Shown here: piece after piece, positions 52,956 to 63,025 of the stretch
Numbering within the stretch: the stretch's first letter is position 1
Layout: each line of letters starts with the position of its first letter
Assembly: GCA_965206595.1 (NCBI GenBank)
Contig: OZ242214.1
Span: forward strand, 928,001-992,000
Direction: 5' to 3'
From: Candidatus Latescibacterota bacterium
GTDB taxonomy: Bacteria > Latescibacterota > UBA2968 > UBA8231
Length of the DNA stretch: 64,000 nucleotides
The notes under the pieces: model-generated
The model's database searches: none
Told to the model about the DNA's origin: nothing
What the model saw: only the letters and a program-made list of their open reading frames with translations
Position numbers and translations under genes: made by a program

Positions 52956-54125
52956 ATGAAAATCGAATCGATCGACTTCCAAATCCTCGAAAGCGATCCC
53001 GTTGAACCGGAGTGGCGTCCACTGCGGGCGATGCGAGAGTATCCGGGGTCGACCAAGGTGCGGTTCGGGCATCGGCTGTTCAGCGGGGACGGGATCCGCT
53101 TGGAGCCCAGGCCGGCTTACACGTGTCTGCTCCGGATCCGAACCGATGCGAATCTCGAGAGCATCGGATCCTTCTCCTCCGGCTGGGGGAAAGAGGATCT
53201 CGAGTGGGGGGCGCGTACGTTCAAGGTCCAGTGGGAGCCGGAACTCGTCGGGCAGGATGCACTGAATCGCGAGTATATGTGGCACAAAATGTGGATGGCC
53301 CGGCGCTACTTTCATATGACATCGACAGGTCCTCTCGCTTTGATCGACACGCTTTTGTGGGATCTGGCGGGGCTCCACGCCAGGTTGCCTGTCCACAAGC
53401 TGCTCGGTGGATTTCGCGATCGTGTCCCGGCCTATCTCACGGAAACGGGCATCCCCTACGAAGACACGCTGAAGTCGGCGCAACGGGCAGTGGACGAGGG
53501 TTACAAGGGGTTCAAGGACCACTCGATGCTGGGCGTCGAAACAAACCTCGCCCTCGCCAGGGACATCCGCAGTCTGGTCGGCAACGAGATGGCATTAATG
53601 CACGATCCCGTCCAGCAATACACCGTTGAAGATGCCATCAAAGTGTCGCGCGGGTTGGAAGAGCTGGGGTACATATGGATCGAAGAGCCCCTGCAGGAGT
53701 TCGACATCAACGGGCTGAAACGTCTTTCCGACGCGGTTGATCTACCGGTGATGGCGCTCGAATCGATACATGGAAATCCCTACCTGGCGACGCCCTATCT
53801 TGTGGCGGGAGCGATCGATATCGTGCGGAATACCGGGCTCGGGATCACCGGCAAGATGAAGCTCGCGAATCTTGCAGAGATGTTCGGACTGAATGTCCAC
53901 GGTGGAGGGGCGCAGGTTGTGGCCGCGACCCGAAACGACGACTGGTGGGAAGTGGGGGCGTGGCTGCCGACGGTCGCTGACCGCTCGATTTCTGCGGCAT
54001 TTGCTGGCCTGATACGGGAAACTACGGAGGTCAGGGACGGCTATATGTATGTGCCACAGACGCCTGGGTTGGGGCGGGAGATAGACTGGGCGCAGATTGA
54101 GGCGAGGACCATTTTAAGGGTGTAG
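52956..54125 (+). CDS. Mandelate racemase/muconate lactonizing enzyme family protein
   Basis: 'ID..LWDLAG....PV.KLLGGFRDRVPAY', 'GYKGFKDH', 'LMHD', 'WIEEP', 'PGLG.EIDW'; stop codon lies in an IS-end sequence. Confidence 0.88.
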   Translation: MKIESIDFQILESDPVEPEWRPLRAMREYPGSTKVRFGHRLFSGDGIRLEPRPAYTCLLRIRTDANLESIGSFSSGWGKEDLEWGARTFKVQWEPELVGQDALNREYMWHKMWMARRYFHMTSTGPLALIDTLLWDLAGLHARLPVHKLLGGFRDRVPAYLTETGIPYEDTLKSAQRAVDEGYKGFKDHSMLGVETNLALARDIRSLVGNEMALMHDPVQQYTVEDAIKVSRGLEELGYIWIEEPLQEFDINGLKRLSDAVDLPVMALESIHGNPYLATPYLVAGAIDIVRNTGLGITGKMKLANLAEMFGLNVHGGGAQVVAATRNDDWWEVGAWLPTVADRSISAAFAGLIRETTEVRDGYMYVPQTPGLGREIDWAQIEARTILRV

Positions 54126-54160
54126 CCGCGTTTTTACGCAGCCATCGTGCGGGGTTGAAA
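54118..54160 (-). mobile_element. Orphan terminus of the ISKra4-like element seen at 63252
   Basis: GGGTGTAGCCGCGTTTTTACGCAGCCAT identical to 63252-63279, with continued partial match. Confidence 0.75.
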
Positions 54161-54184
54161 TGAACAACAACGACTGAAAAAATG

Positions 54185-55405
54185 GGCTCCTCTGGAGAAT
54201 CTGTGGGTGAGGAGGGGAGGCTGCGGCGATGGGAATAGAGGAGGCCAGGTAGCCCAGGCGCATCATCCCCCGGTATGTTGGGACAGTCCACCAAGACGGA
54301 ACCCAACTACCTGTGGAGGGAATGATGCGCCTGATCACGGTACTAAACCGGTGCACGACCTTCAAGCGGTTTGTGTTTGAGGGCAGTCATTTTGACCGGC
54401 ACGGAAGGATAATGGTGAGGATAAGGCCACGGAAAAACTCCCGGGGCGCGTGCAGCGGCTGCGGTCACTTGGCCCCCACCTATGACACGGCCCCCGAGGC
54501 CCGGCTGTTCGAGTTTGTTCCCCTCTGGGGGTTTCCGGTCTTTCTGGTGTATCGCATGCGCCGGGTTGCCTGCAAAGCCTGCGGCCGGGTGGTCGTCGAG
54601 AAGGTCCCCTGGAGCACGGGCAAGCACCACCTGACCGACCTCTACCGCTGCTTCCTGGCCCAGGGGGCCAAAAAACTGTCGTGGATCGAGGTGGCGCGTT
54701 CCTTCCGGACCCGTTGGGACAAGGTCTACCACTCCGTCCAGTACGTCGTGGACTATGGGCTCGCTCATCGCTGCCTCGACCAGGTCACGGCCCTCGGCGT
54801 GGATGAAATCCAGTATCGTAAGGGGCCTCATTATCTGACGTTGCTGTACCAGATCGACCCCCACCGCCGCCGCCTGTTGTGGATGGGCGAGAAGCGGACG
54901 AAGAAGGCCTTGAACGACGGCTTTACCGAACGGGAGCAGGAGCACCGGCGCAAGCAGGAAGCCGACGGCGAGCAGGAGCCGACCCGTTTCCTCGACCAGA
55001 AGCGACTCCCAAGGCTTGAAGCTGTCGGAGCTATTGAAGATGAACCTGCGGACGGTCAGAGCCTACCTGCTCAAGGAGGACTTCCAGCGCTTCTGGGACT
55101 ACACCTACTCCGCGTGGGCTGAGAAGTTCCTCCAGCGCGGGTGTTTCCGTACGATGAGAAGCAACATCGAACCGATGAAAGACATCGCCGGAATGCTGCG
55201 GCGTCACCAAGAGCTCATCCTCAATTGGTTCAGGGCCAGGAAGCAGTTCAACAACGGCATGGTCGAGGGCTTGAACCTGAAATGGAATCTGACAGGGAGA
55301 AAAGCATTCGGATGCCGCACCTTCAAGGCACTCCAAATCGCTTCATTCCATCAGCTTGGCGATTTACCCGAGCCACAATTCACCCACGAATTCTACTGAC
55401 GAGCC
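54185..55405 (+). mobile_element. Degenerate ISL3-family element
   Basis: IRs GGCTCCTCTGGAGAATCTGTGGGTGA / GGCTCGTCAGTAGAATTCGTGGGTGA; transposase in two frames ('CSGCG', 'LGVDEI', 'AYLLKE', 'NGMVEGLN'). Confidence 0.88.
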
Positions 55406-56004
55406 GAATTTATTGACTACTACAACGACTGTATTGTTCTGGTGATCGACGGAGATCACGGCGGCGGTGCGGGTAGTGACAACATTGTCTCGGTGGAAGA
55501 GGCCGCGGAAATTCGGAACAGAAGCCAGGAATATTTCGCCATCGCCCGCACCCCGGAAGGGCCGATTCTGGATGAAACGTTCACCAGGTCCAGGTCGGGA
55601 GAGTTCGCCTGGACGGTCCTGCCCCCTTATGGGGACGGCGGAGAGGGGGGTGGCCGGAGAAAACCCGATCATCAGCGTGATCGAGCTGTACGTCACCCCG
55701 TTCGACCGCTGGGCGTGGGACGACATCGAGGGGAGCGCGGTCAGCGATCTGGCCCCGAACAAAACAATCGGCTTCGGGATCATGGTGAATGAGGAGGACC
55801 CTCCTGAAGACGAATGGGGCGCGCCCTGGGTCGAAGCCTCGCAACCTGTCGATCACTACAGTCGATCACTACAATGGCATTTGGGCCCTGCAAGCCGACG
55901 GCTATCTCGACGGCCTGCTGCTGCCTCCGGAAGGCGAACTGGAAGACAGCGCGGTCGAGTCGGTATCCTGGGGCCGGATCAAGGCCGCCCTGGAGATGGA
56001 GTAG
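55406..56004 (+). pseudogene. CBM9-like secreted paralog A: 5'-truncated by ISL3, two frameshifts
   Basis: Matches paralogs B and C ('IDGDHGGG', 'WTVLPPYGD', 'VTPFDRW', 'DSAVESVSWGRIK'); extra G near 55645 and 13-bp tandem duplication GTCGATCACTACA at 55848-55873. Confidence 0.85.
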
Positions 56005-56071
56005 CCGCATACCCGGCCATCCCTGACGCCGCCACCGATCCTTCGATGGCGTCCAGCAAGGAGGAAGATTC

Positions 56072-57025
56072 ATGGCCCCTTCCCATCCCAGCAAGCAGTT
56101 GCAAGCCCTCGGCCTGCTTATCTGGCTGGCCGTCTCCGCCGGAGCCCACATCGGCGACCGCTTGTACCCGATCCACTATCTCAGCGACGAGATGCTGGAA
56201 AAGATCGACCTCAAGGACGGCTCGGTGGAGGAGTGGCAGGAGCTGATCAGCGAGCCGTCCATGACCCTGCTGGATTTCAGAGAGGTAAATGACAGGTCAC
56301 TCGATCCGTCCGACCTCGACTTCCGCATCTGGCTGGCCTGGCACGACGACCCCGCCCGTTTCTACGTGGCCTACGTTGCCAGCGACGACATATACCAGAA
56401 CACCCACGAGTACAACGTCAGCGAAACTTCCGTACGAGATTTAATGATCCTGCATGACAGTATCACCTTCGTGATCGACGGGGATCACAGTGGTGGTGCG
56501 GGCTGTCCCGGTAATTGCTCCATGGAAGAGTGGACGGAGATTCGCAGGCGAAGTCAGGAATACCAAGCCATCGCCCGAACCCCTGACGGCCCGACCTTGG
56601 ATGACAGGCCGACCAGGTATTTGTCGGGAGAGTTCGCCTGGACGGTCCTGCCCCCCTACGGGGACGCCGGCGGAAGCGTGGCCGGAGAAAACCCGACCAT
56701 CAGCGTGATCGAGCTGTTCGTCACGCCGTTCGACCGCTGGGCGTACGACGACATCGAGGGGAGCGTGGCCAGCGATCTGACCGCGGGACAGGTCGTCGGC
56801 TTCGGGATCATGTTGTATGACGAGGACCCACCTGAAGACGAGTGGGGGCATGTCTGGGTCGAAGCCACCCAGCCTGTCGATCACTCCAATGCCATCTGGG
56901 GGATGCAGGAGGATGGGTATCTCGACGGCATGCTGCTGCCCCCCGCCGGCGCGGAATCCGGGGAAGACAGCGCGGTCGAGTCGGTTTCCTGGGGCCGGAT
57001 CAAGGCCTCCCTGGAGATGGAGTAA
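56072..57025 (+). CDS. CBM9/DOMON-like secreted paralog B with 'SAVESVSWGRIK' tail
   Basis: RBS AAGGAGG; signal peptide '..SAGA/H'; 'DG...EW', 'DPSDLDFRIWLAW', 'DGDHSGG'; homologous to the 5101 protein. Confidence 0.8.
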   Translation: MAPSHPSKQLQALGLLIWLAVSAGAHIGDRLYPIHYLSDEMLEKIDLKDGSVEEWQELISEPSMTLLDFREVNDRSLDPSDLDFRIWLAWHDDPARFYVAYVASDDIYQNTHEYNVSETSVRDLMILHDSITFVIDGDHSGGAGCPGNCSMEEWTEIRRRSQEYQAIARTPDGPTLDDRPTRYLSGEFAWTVLPPYGDAGGSVAGENPTISVIELFVTPFDRWAYDDIEGSVASDLTAGQVVGFGIMLYDEDPPEDEWGHVWVEATQPVDHSNAIWGMQEDGYLDGMLLPPAGAESGEDSAVESVSWGRIKASLEME

Positions 57026-57038
57026 GGAGGGAAAGCAG

Positions 57039-58005
57039 ATGACTGGTATGCGAATCGAAAAGCATTGCTGCGCCGCCCTGGGCCTCGTCCTGTGGCTGGC
57101 CGTCTCGGCCGGGGCTCACGTAGGCGACCGCGTGTACCCGATCGCCTACCTCAGCGACGAGATGCTGGAACGGATCGATCTCAGGGACGGCTTGGTGGAG
57201 GAGTGGCAGGAGCTGCTCGGCGAACCCACAATGACCACCCTGGATTTCGGGAGTATGCTGGATCCTGATCCGTCCGACCTGGACTTCCGCATATGGCTGG
57301 CCTGGCACGACGATCCGGACCGTTTCTACGTAGCCTTCGTGGCCAGCGACGACGAGTATCAGAACACCCACGACTACAATGTCAGCGAAACCTCCGTACG
57401 GTCCCATATGGACCAGCATGACAGTATCACCCTGGGGATGGACGGAGATCACAGCGGGGGTGCGGGCTGTCCCGGTAATTGTTCGGTGGAAGAATGGACG
57501 GAGATTCGCAGGCGAAGTCAGAAATACGACGCCATCGCCCACATCCCTGACGGCCCGACCTTGGATGACCGGGTGACCAGGGAGGCGATGGGTGAGTTCG
57601 CCTGGATGGTCCTGCCCCCCTACGGGGACGCCGGCGGAGGCGTGGCCGGAGAAAACCCGACCATCAGCGTCATCGAGCTCTACGTCACCCCGTTCGACCG
57701 CTGGGCGTACGACGACATCGAGGGGAGCGTTACCAGCGATCTGACTGCAGGACAGGTCATCGGCTTGGGGATCCAGGTGTACGACACGGACCCGGCCGGA
57801 GACCCACCTGAATTCGACGGGTTCGCGCTGCCTTGGTCATCCGACCCCATTGAGCATAATGTTCTCTACTGGGCCATCTTCGGCATGCAAGAGGACGGCT
57901 ATCTCGACGGCATGCTGCTGCCCCCCGCTGGCGCGGAATCCGGGGAGGACAGCGCGGTCGAGTCGGTATCCTGGCCGGATCAAGGCCCCCCTGGAGATGG
58001 AGTAG
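57039..58005 (+). pseudogene. CBM9/DOMON-like secreted paralog C; 2-bp deletion inside the tail motif
   Basis: Start ATG 57039 (RBS AAGGAGG); TCCTGGGGCCGG became TCCTGGCCGG near 57973, so the ORF reads on to 58067 instead of 'SWGRIK..LEME*'. Confidence 0.75.
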
Positions 58006-58153
58006 CGGGCGTACCCGCTGTCCCGTCGTCCTCCCTACGCCACCACCCTTACCTCGGGCCGGCCTGACACTTGGCCAGCCTGCATTCCTTCGGCTCCGGG
58101 AAATCCCGTGGCGGTGCCGGCGATTTTTCCGAAACCAGGATCGCTCCCGCCGG

Positions 58154-58822
58154 CTACAGCAGCGGAAGAGCCTCTTCCAGAGAGATCTCCCTGAAGCTCT
58201 GGCGAGCCCCGTCCCGCGGCATGCCGTCGAGGAAGCGCTCGCGCCGCCGCTGCCAATCGCCGTCCCCTTCCACCGAGTCGAACATCGCCGCCGCCCAATC
58301 GCGGATCGGTTCCGCCTTGGAGGTGGCGACCTCGAGGGTCGGCTCCTCCACCTGCCCCTCCTCTGAGTACAGGAGGCAGCGCCTGACGTTGCGCTCCAGG
58401 CTCGCCATCTGCACCCGCTGAAACTCGTTGCTCCGCGGCGGCCGGTCAGGCAGCAGCAGGATGCCGACGCCGCGGTCGGTGATGGCCGCGGCGGTTTCGT
58501 TGGCCCCTTCGGGGACCGGCACGTCCTTGCGCCCGGGCCAGATGTCGAACATGGAGTACGACGCCGGCGGCTGCCGCCGTTGGAACGAGAAGAAGTCGGG
58601 GTAGGCGAAGAAGTCGCCCCCCTCCTCGCGGTAGCGGTCGTAGAAGGCGGTGACGCAGGCCATGATCAGCAGGGTGGCTCCCGCCCCTTCGCAGCCCTCC
58701 GGAGCGAACAGCCCGAGCCGGTCGGTCCTGGCGAAGCCGGCGAAGTAGCGGGCGTGCGTCGTCGCCTGCCCGCGGTCGACGATCTCGAAATCGGTGCTCG
58801 CGAAGACTGCCGTGCTGTGCAT
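58154..58822 (-). CDS. Hypothetical protein (222 aa)
   Basis: RBS AAGGAG before ATG 58822; MHSTAVFAS...TAFYD...FFAYPDFF..DIWP; strong GC3 bias. Confidence 0.7.
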   Translation of the reverse strand: MHSTAVFASTDFEIVDRGQATTHARYFAGFARTDRLGLFAPEGCEGAGATLLIMACVTAFYDRYREEGGDFFAYPDFFSFQRRQPPASYSMFDIWPGRKDVPVPEGANETAAAITDRGVGILLLPDRPPRSNEFQRVQMASLERNVRRCLLYSEEGQVEEPTLEVATSKAEPIRDWAAAMFDSVEGDGDWQRRRERFLDGMPRDGARQSFREISLEEALPLL

Positions 58823-58869
58823 GTGCTCTCCTTGTGCGTAAAGCGCGAGGACTTTCGTGCCGTGAATAG

Positions 58870-59688
58870 CTACAGGTCGAACAGGGAGGGCGGGTCCCCC
58901 TCCGGATAGCGGTCGAGGTATCTCTGAATGTACTTCCGGGTCACGGGGGGCATGCGGTCCAAGTGCCCATCCCGGGTCAGCGGCTCGCGCTGTCCGTGCT
59001 CGTGAGCCATCACCGTGGCCCCGGCGCTCCAGAAGGCGCAGTGCAGGGTCCAGCGCTTGCGCCCCTCCGGGTTCCAGCCGCGGTGCCAGAGGTTGGCGTT
59101 GTAGTAGGCGATGTCCCCCGGCTCCAGGCCGACGACGAGGGCGTTCGGCATCGCTCCGGATTCGCTGCGGGACGCCTCGATCTCCGCGGCCGTCGACGCC
59201 CGCCGGTGACTCCCGGGGACGATGTGGAGGAAGCGGTCCCCGGCAACGAGCGGCGCGTTGAACTGCACGAAGCTGCCCTCGTGCCGGCGCAGGTACGCGG
59301 TCTCGTCCGCGTCTCCCGGACGGCACAGGTCGCGGTGCCATTTCTGGGTGTACGGCTGCCCGCCGCCCCCGGCGAGCATTCCGAACAGGCAGTGGCGTAC
59401 CTCCCCGCCGCTAACCAGGGCCTCGAGATGGGGTGCGAGGTCCGCGTCGATCCAGTCGGCGAAGGCCGGGTGGTACTTGTCGGGGTTCAGCAGGTGGCCG
59501 GTGCGTGCCGGCAGACGGAGCTCGCGGTCGATCCAGCCCAGCTCGCATTCTCCCGCAAGGCCCTTGTCGATCATCCGCTCCACCCCCTCGAGAAGGGCCT
59601 GTACGCGGGATTCCGCAAAGGCCTGCCGCAGAACGAGGACCCCTTCCGTGGCGTACGTCCCCTGGTCTTTTTCCGAGATGGCCTTCAA
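58870..59688 (-). CDS. Phytanoyl-CoA dioxygenase (PhyH) family 2OG-Fe(II) oxygenase
   Basis: 'WHRD', 'VPGSHRR', 'LEPGD......LWHRG..R'; likely TTG start 59688. Confidence 0.8.
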   Translation of the reverse strand: MKAISEKDQGTYATEGVLVLRQAFAESRVQALLEGVERMIDKGLAGECELGWIDRELRLPARTGHLLNPDKYHPAFADWIDADLAPHLEALVSGGEVRHCLFGMLAGGGGQPYTQKWHRDLCRPGDADETAYLRRHEGSFVQFNAPLVAGDRFLHIVPGSHRRASTAAEIEASRSESGAMPNALVVGLEPGDIAYYNANLWHRGWNPEGRKRWTLHCAFWSAGATVMAHEHGQREPLTRDGHLDRMPPVTRKYIQRYLDRYPEGDPPSLFDL

Positions 59689-59873
59689 CGGTGGATCAAT
59701 CTCCGTGAACAGTTGGCGGTCCGGCGCTGCCCGCCTTGTCTCACGCCTTCCAAGCGCCGTGCCGCGGTCCCTCCTTCGGGGCGCCGCGGCGTTTGCCTGA
59801 ACCGCGGGCGTGGAGTCGTGCGGAAATGTAACGCCCTTCGCACAACCATCCGCGGTTTTAAACTTGCCCGGCT

Positions 59874-60311
59874 TCATCCAGACCCAATCCCGTCAAATTC
59901 GCAATATGCCCTGCCAGCTCGGCTTCGTACAGCCGCCAGATCACGCATGCAATACGCGATCATCAGCACTTTACCCGAGGTTGCAGATGCGGCAATCAGT
60001 TCCTGGCAGGCCGCTTCATCATTGGCCATGGGTTTTTCGAGCAGGACGTGAACGCCCGCATTGAGACAGGCACATCCTGCGGAAGAGTGCAAATCGTGGG
60101 GCAGCGCGAGCAATACGGCATCTACCGTGTCCAGGATCTCGCGATAATCCGTCGCCACACAGGCTCCGGGAAATTGCTGCGCGACTGCTTCTGCGCGTTC
60201 GGGAACGACATCGACGGCAGCGGCCAATGCGACCCGGTCGCTCAGGGTGTGAAACCGCCGCATGTGGACACCCCCCATGCCGCCACATCCGATCATACCC
60301 AGTTTGATCAT
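59874..60311 (-). pseudogene. Gfo/Idh/MocA oxidoreductase, C-terminal domain missing
   Basis: 'GMIGCGGMG..H', 'LPHDLH', 'HVLLEKPMA', 'LMIAYCMR' then unrelated sequence; only 145 aa. Confidence 0.75.
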
Positions 60312-60390
60312 GTGCCTTTCCCTTTCCCTTGGCCGGGGTTCACTCCTGTAGAGTCCGATAGCTGACTGATATGAATAAGGGCTTTTTTGA

Positions 60391-60545
60391 GGGGGTCAGG
60401 TCAAGCGGTGCAGGTGTCTTGGGAGTTGCCCGGCGCAGGCTTCTCGGTCGGCGGGAAAACCCCGCTGAAACTGCGATCCGCCCTCGGGCAATCCAGCCGG
60501 CTGCACGGGGCGCGGTAACCTTGAGTCATGCGGTAAGGCCCCCGT
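60391..60545 (-). ncRNA. Structured RNA, 6S RNA-like candidate
   Basis: Nested pairings (GGGGGTC/GGCCCCC, TCAAG/CTTGA, GTGCAG/CTGCAC, TTGCCCG/CGGGCAA, CGCAG/CTGCG, GCGGG/CCCGC) form one bulged rod; minus strand has CCGACCGAGAAGCCT, resembling my recollection of the enterobacterial 6S apical segment. Confidence 0.45.
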
Positions 60546-60737
60546 CTTGTTCTTCAAACAGAACCTGCCCCCGCCGCGGGACCGTTGAAGGGAGCGGGCG
60601 TTTTTTGGTGTCTCCGGTACCGGCTCGTACTTTTTCTGTCCGCACAACTCCTTGCGCCGGCGCCGCACTTTTCGTGCGCCAATCATCATCCGCACCTTCG
60701 CGACAACTCCATGGCAAATCAGGAAACAGGCATATCA

Positions 60738-62825
60738 ATGAGAAACAGTCTGCTCCTTCCCGCCTCGCTGACCGCCCTCTGCCTCTTCGCGCAATGCGGC
60801 GATCCCGGGCAGGAACCGCCCGCGCCGCAGACCCCGGAGGCGGCTCCGAAATACACCGGCGATCTTCCCGACCTGCGGTCGCGCGGCGTCCTGCGGGTGA
60901 TCGTGCCGCTGGATGCGATCTCCTACATGCCCCGGCAAGGGGAGCAGGTGACCCTCGACTACGACATCGCCCGCGACCTGGCCGAGGCCCTCAAGCTGAA
61001 AGTCGAGCTGGTCGAGGTCGGGGATTTCTCCCAAATGATGGGTAAGCTCCTGGAAGGGGAGGGGGACGTGGTCGCCGCCAGCCTGACCATCACCCCGGAC
61101 CGGCAGAAGCGGACGGCGTTCTCGGTCCCCTATCTCCACGTCGACGAGTACCTGGTCACGAGGTCGGGGGGGGATCTCCCCGAGACGGTCGACGACCTCG
61201 CCGGCATGGAGGTCAGCGTGCGCAAGTCGAGCTCGTACTACGGGACCCTGGTCGAGCTTCAGAAGCAGGTCCCGACCCTGCGCATCGACACCGTGGAGGA
61301 AACCCTCAACATCGAGGGAATACTCGCAGGAGTCGCCGGCGGCAAGTACGAGGCGACCGTGGCGGACGCGCACCTGTGGCAGGCCCTGTCCAGTTACTAC
61401 GACGGTCTGGCGACCCCGCTGGTGCTGGCCATGGAGCGGCCGATCGCACTGATGATGCGGCCAGGCGACAGCGAGCTCAAGGCGAAGGTGGACGAGTTCC
61501 TCCACGCCCGGCAGTTCACGCGCGGGGGCCAGCAGGAGTTCACCGACGACCTGCCCGGACTGATCGAACGCGGCCGCTTGCGCATGATCACGCGCAACAA
61601 CGCCATGACCTACTTCATCCACCGCGGCCTGCAGGTCGGGTTCGAGTACGAGCTGATGAAGAAGTTCGCTTCCGAACATGGCCTGCGTCTCGAGATCGTC
61701 ATCCCGGACAGCCACGCCGAGTTGCTGCAGTTCCTGAACGAGGGCAAGGGGGACGTCGTGGCCGCGGCCATGACCATAACCCCGGAGAGGCAGGCCCTGG
61801 CCGCCTTCAGCCGGCCCTACAACGAAGTGGACGAGCTGGTAGTGGTACGGGCGGACAACGATACGATCTCCAGTCTTGGCGACCTTGTCGGCCGCACCAT
61901 CCACGTGCGCGCCAGCTCCTCGTTCTACACGACGCTGACGGCCCTGCAGGATTCCCTTGAGGGCCTCGAAATCGTGGCGCTGCCGGACGACGTGGAGACC
62001 GAGGATATCCTCGCCGGGGTCGAGGAGGGCCTCTACGACATCACCATGTGCGACTCCAACCTGCTCGAGGTGGAGCTCGCCTACGGCCGCCGGCTGAAAG
62101 CGGCCTTCAGCATCAAGTCGACGGAGCTGGGCTGGGCCGTGCGCAAGGGGAACCCGGCCCTGCTCGCGTCGCTCGACCACTACGTGAAACGGGAGAAGGG
62201 CGGCCTCTTCTTCAACATGATGAAGAAGCGGTACTTCAAGAACTCGCGGGCAATCGCCCGTGCCAAGGACTCCATGCGGGTCGACCTCGGCGGGCAGCTG
62301 TCCCCCTTCGACGGGCTGGCGAAGAAATACGCGGTGCGCTTCGGCCAGGACTGGCGCCTGCTCACCGCGCAGATGTACCAGGAATCGAAGTTCGATCCGG
62401 ATGCCGTGAGCTGGGTCGGGGCCCAGGGACTGATGCAGATCATGCCAAAAACCGGGCAGCAGCTGGGATTCAGCAACCTGCAGGATCCCGAGGAGAGCAT
62501 CCACGCCGGGGCCAAGTACATGCACCAGCTCCTCGACCGCTTCGGCCGCGAGATCCCGGTGGAGGAGCGCATCCGCTTCGCCCTGGCGTCCTACAACGTC
62601 GGCTACGGCCACCTGCTCGACGCCCGCCACCTGGCGCGGGAGCAGGGGTGGGATCCCGACCGCTGGTTCGGCCAGGTGGAGGAGGCGATGCGCCTGCTAT
62701 CGCAACCGGCCTACTACAAGCGGGCGCGCTACGGCTTCTGCCGCGGCGGCCAGCCGGTGCACTACGTCGAGAACATACAGGACCTGTACGGCGCCTACGT
62801 CGCCATACTGGAGAACGCGAGGTGA
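60738..62825 (+). CDS. mltF: MltF-like lytic transglycosylase lipoprotein with two tandem SBP_bac_3 domains plus SLT domain
   Basis: Lipobox-like 'LFAQC'; two 'G.LR...D..AA..TITP.R' modules; SLT motifs 'YQESKF', 'GAQGLMQIMP', 'ASYNVGYGH', 'GFCRG.QPVHYV'. Confidence 0.85.
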   Translation: MRNSLLLPASLTALCLFAQCGDPGQEPPAPQTPEAAPKYTGDLPDLRSRGVLRVIVPLDAISYMPRQGEQVTLDYDIARDLAEALKLKVELVEVGDFSQMMGKLLEGEGDVVAASLTITPDRQKRTAFSVPYLHVDEYLVTRSGGDLPETVDDLAGMEVSVRKSSSYYGTLVELQKQVPTLRIDTVEETLNIEGILAGVAGGKYEATVADAHLWQALSSYYDGLATPLVLAMERPIALMMRPGDSELKAKVDEFLHARQFTRGGQQEFTDDLPGLIERGRLRMITRNNAMTYFIHRGLQVGFEYELMKKFASEHGLRLEIVIPDSHAELLQFLNEGKGDVVAAAMTITPERQALAAFSRPYNEVDELVVVRADNDTISSLGDLVGRTIHVRASSSFYTTLTALQDSLEGLEIVALPDDVETEDILAGVEEGLYDITMCDSNLLEVELAYGRRLKAAFSIKSTELGWAVRKGNPALLASLDHYVKREKGGLFFNMMKKRYFKNSRAIARAKDSMRVDLGGQLSPFDGLAKKYAVRFGQDWRLLTAQMYQESKFDPDAVSWVGAQGLMQIMPKTGQQLGFSNLQDPEESIHAGAKYMHQLLDRFGREIPVEERIRFALASYNVGYGHLLDARHLAREQGWDPDRWFGQVEEAMRLLSQPAYYKRARYGFCRGGQPVHYVENIQDLYGAYVAILENAR

Positions 62826-63025
62826 TTGGGAAGGGAAGTAGGGATCGCCGTGGTTAACGTCCTCCATCAGGAGACCGAGACGGACCGCCTTGTTTGCCCG
62901 TCGCTGACCGGTTTATTCTTTGGGGGCGGGGAAGAAGAACGGCAGCATTACGTAGTAGCTCATCGGCCTCCGGTGGCGGCTCGATGACCGTGGGCCTAAT
63001 GCGGTCATATCGCGAGAGGTACGGA

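Noticed and set aside
55406-58067. Diversity-generating retroelement as cause of paralog variation
   Set aside because: No reverse transcriptase and no TR/VR pair with adenine-specific differences in the window; variation includes indels across the genes.
60391-60410. SRP RNA (GGTCAGGTC)
   Set aside because: Lacks the following CGGAAGGAAGCAG domain IV sequence.
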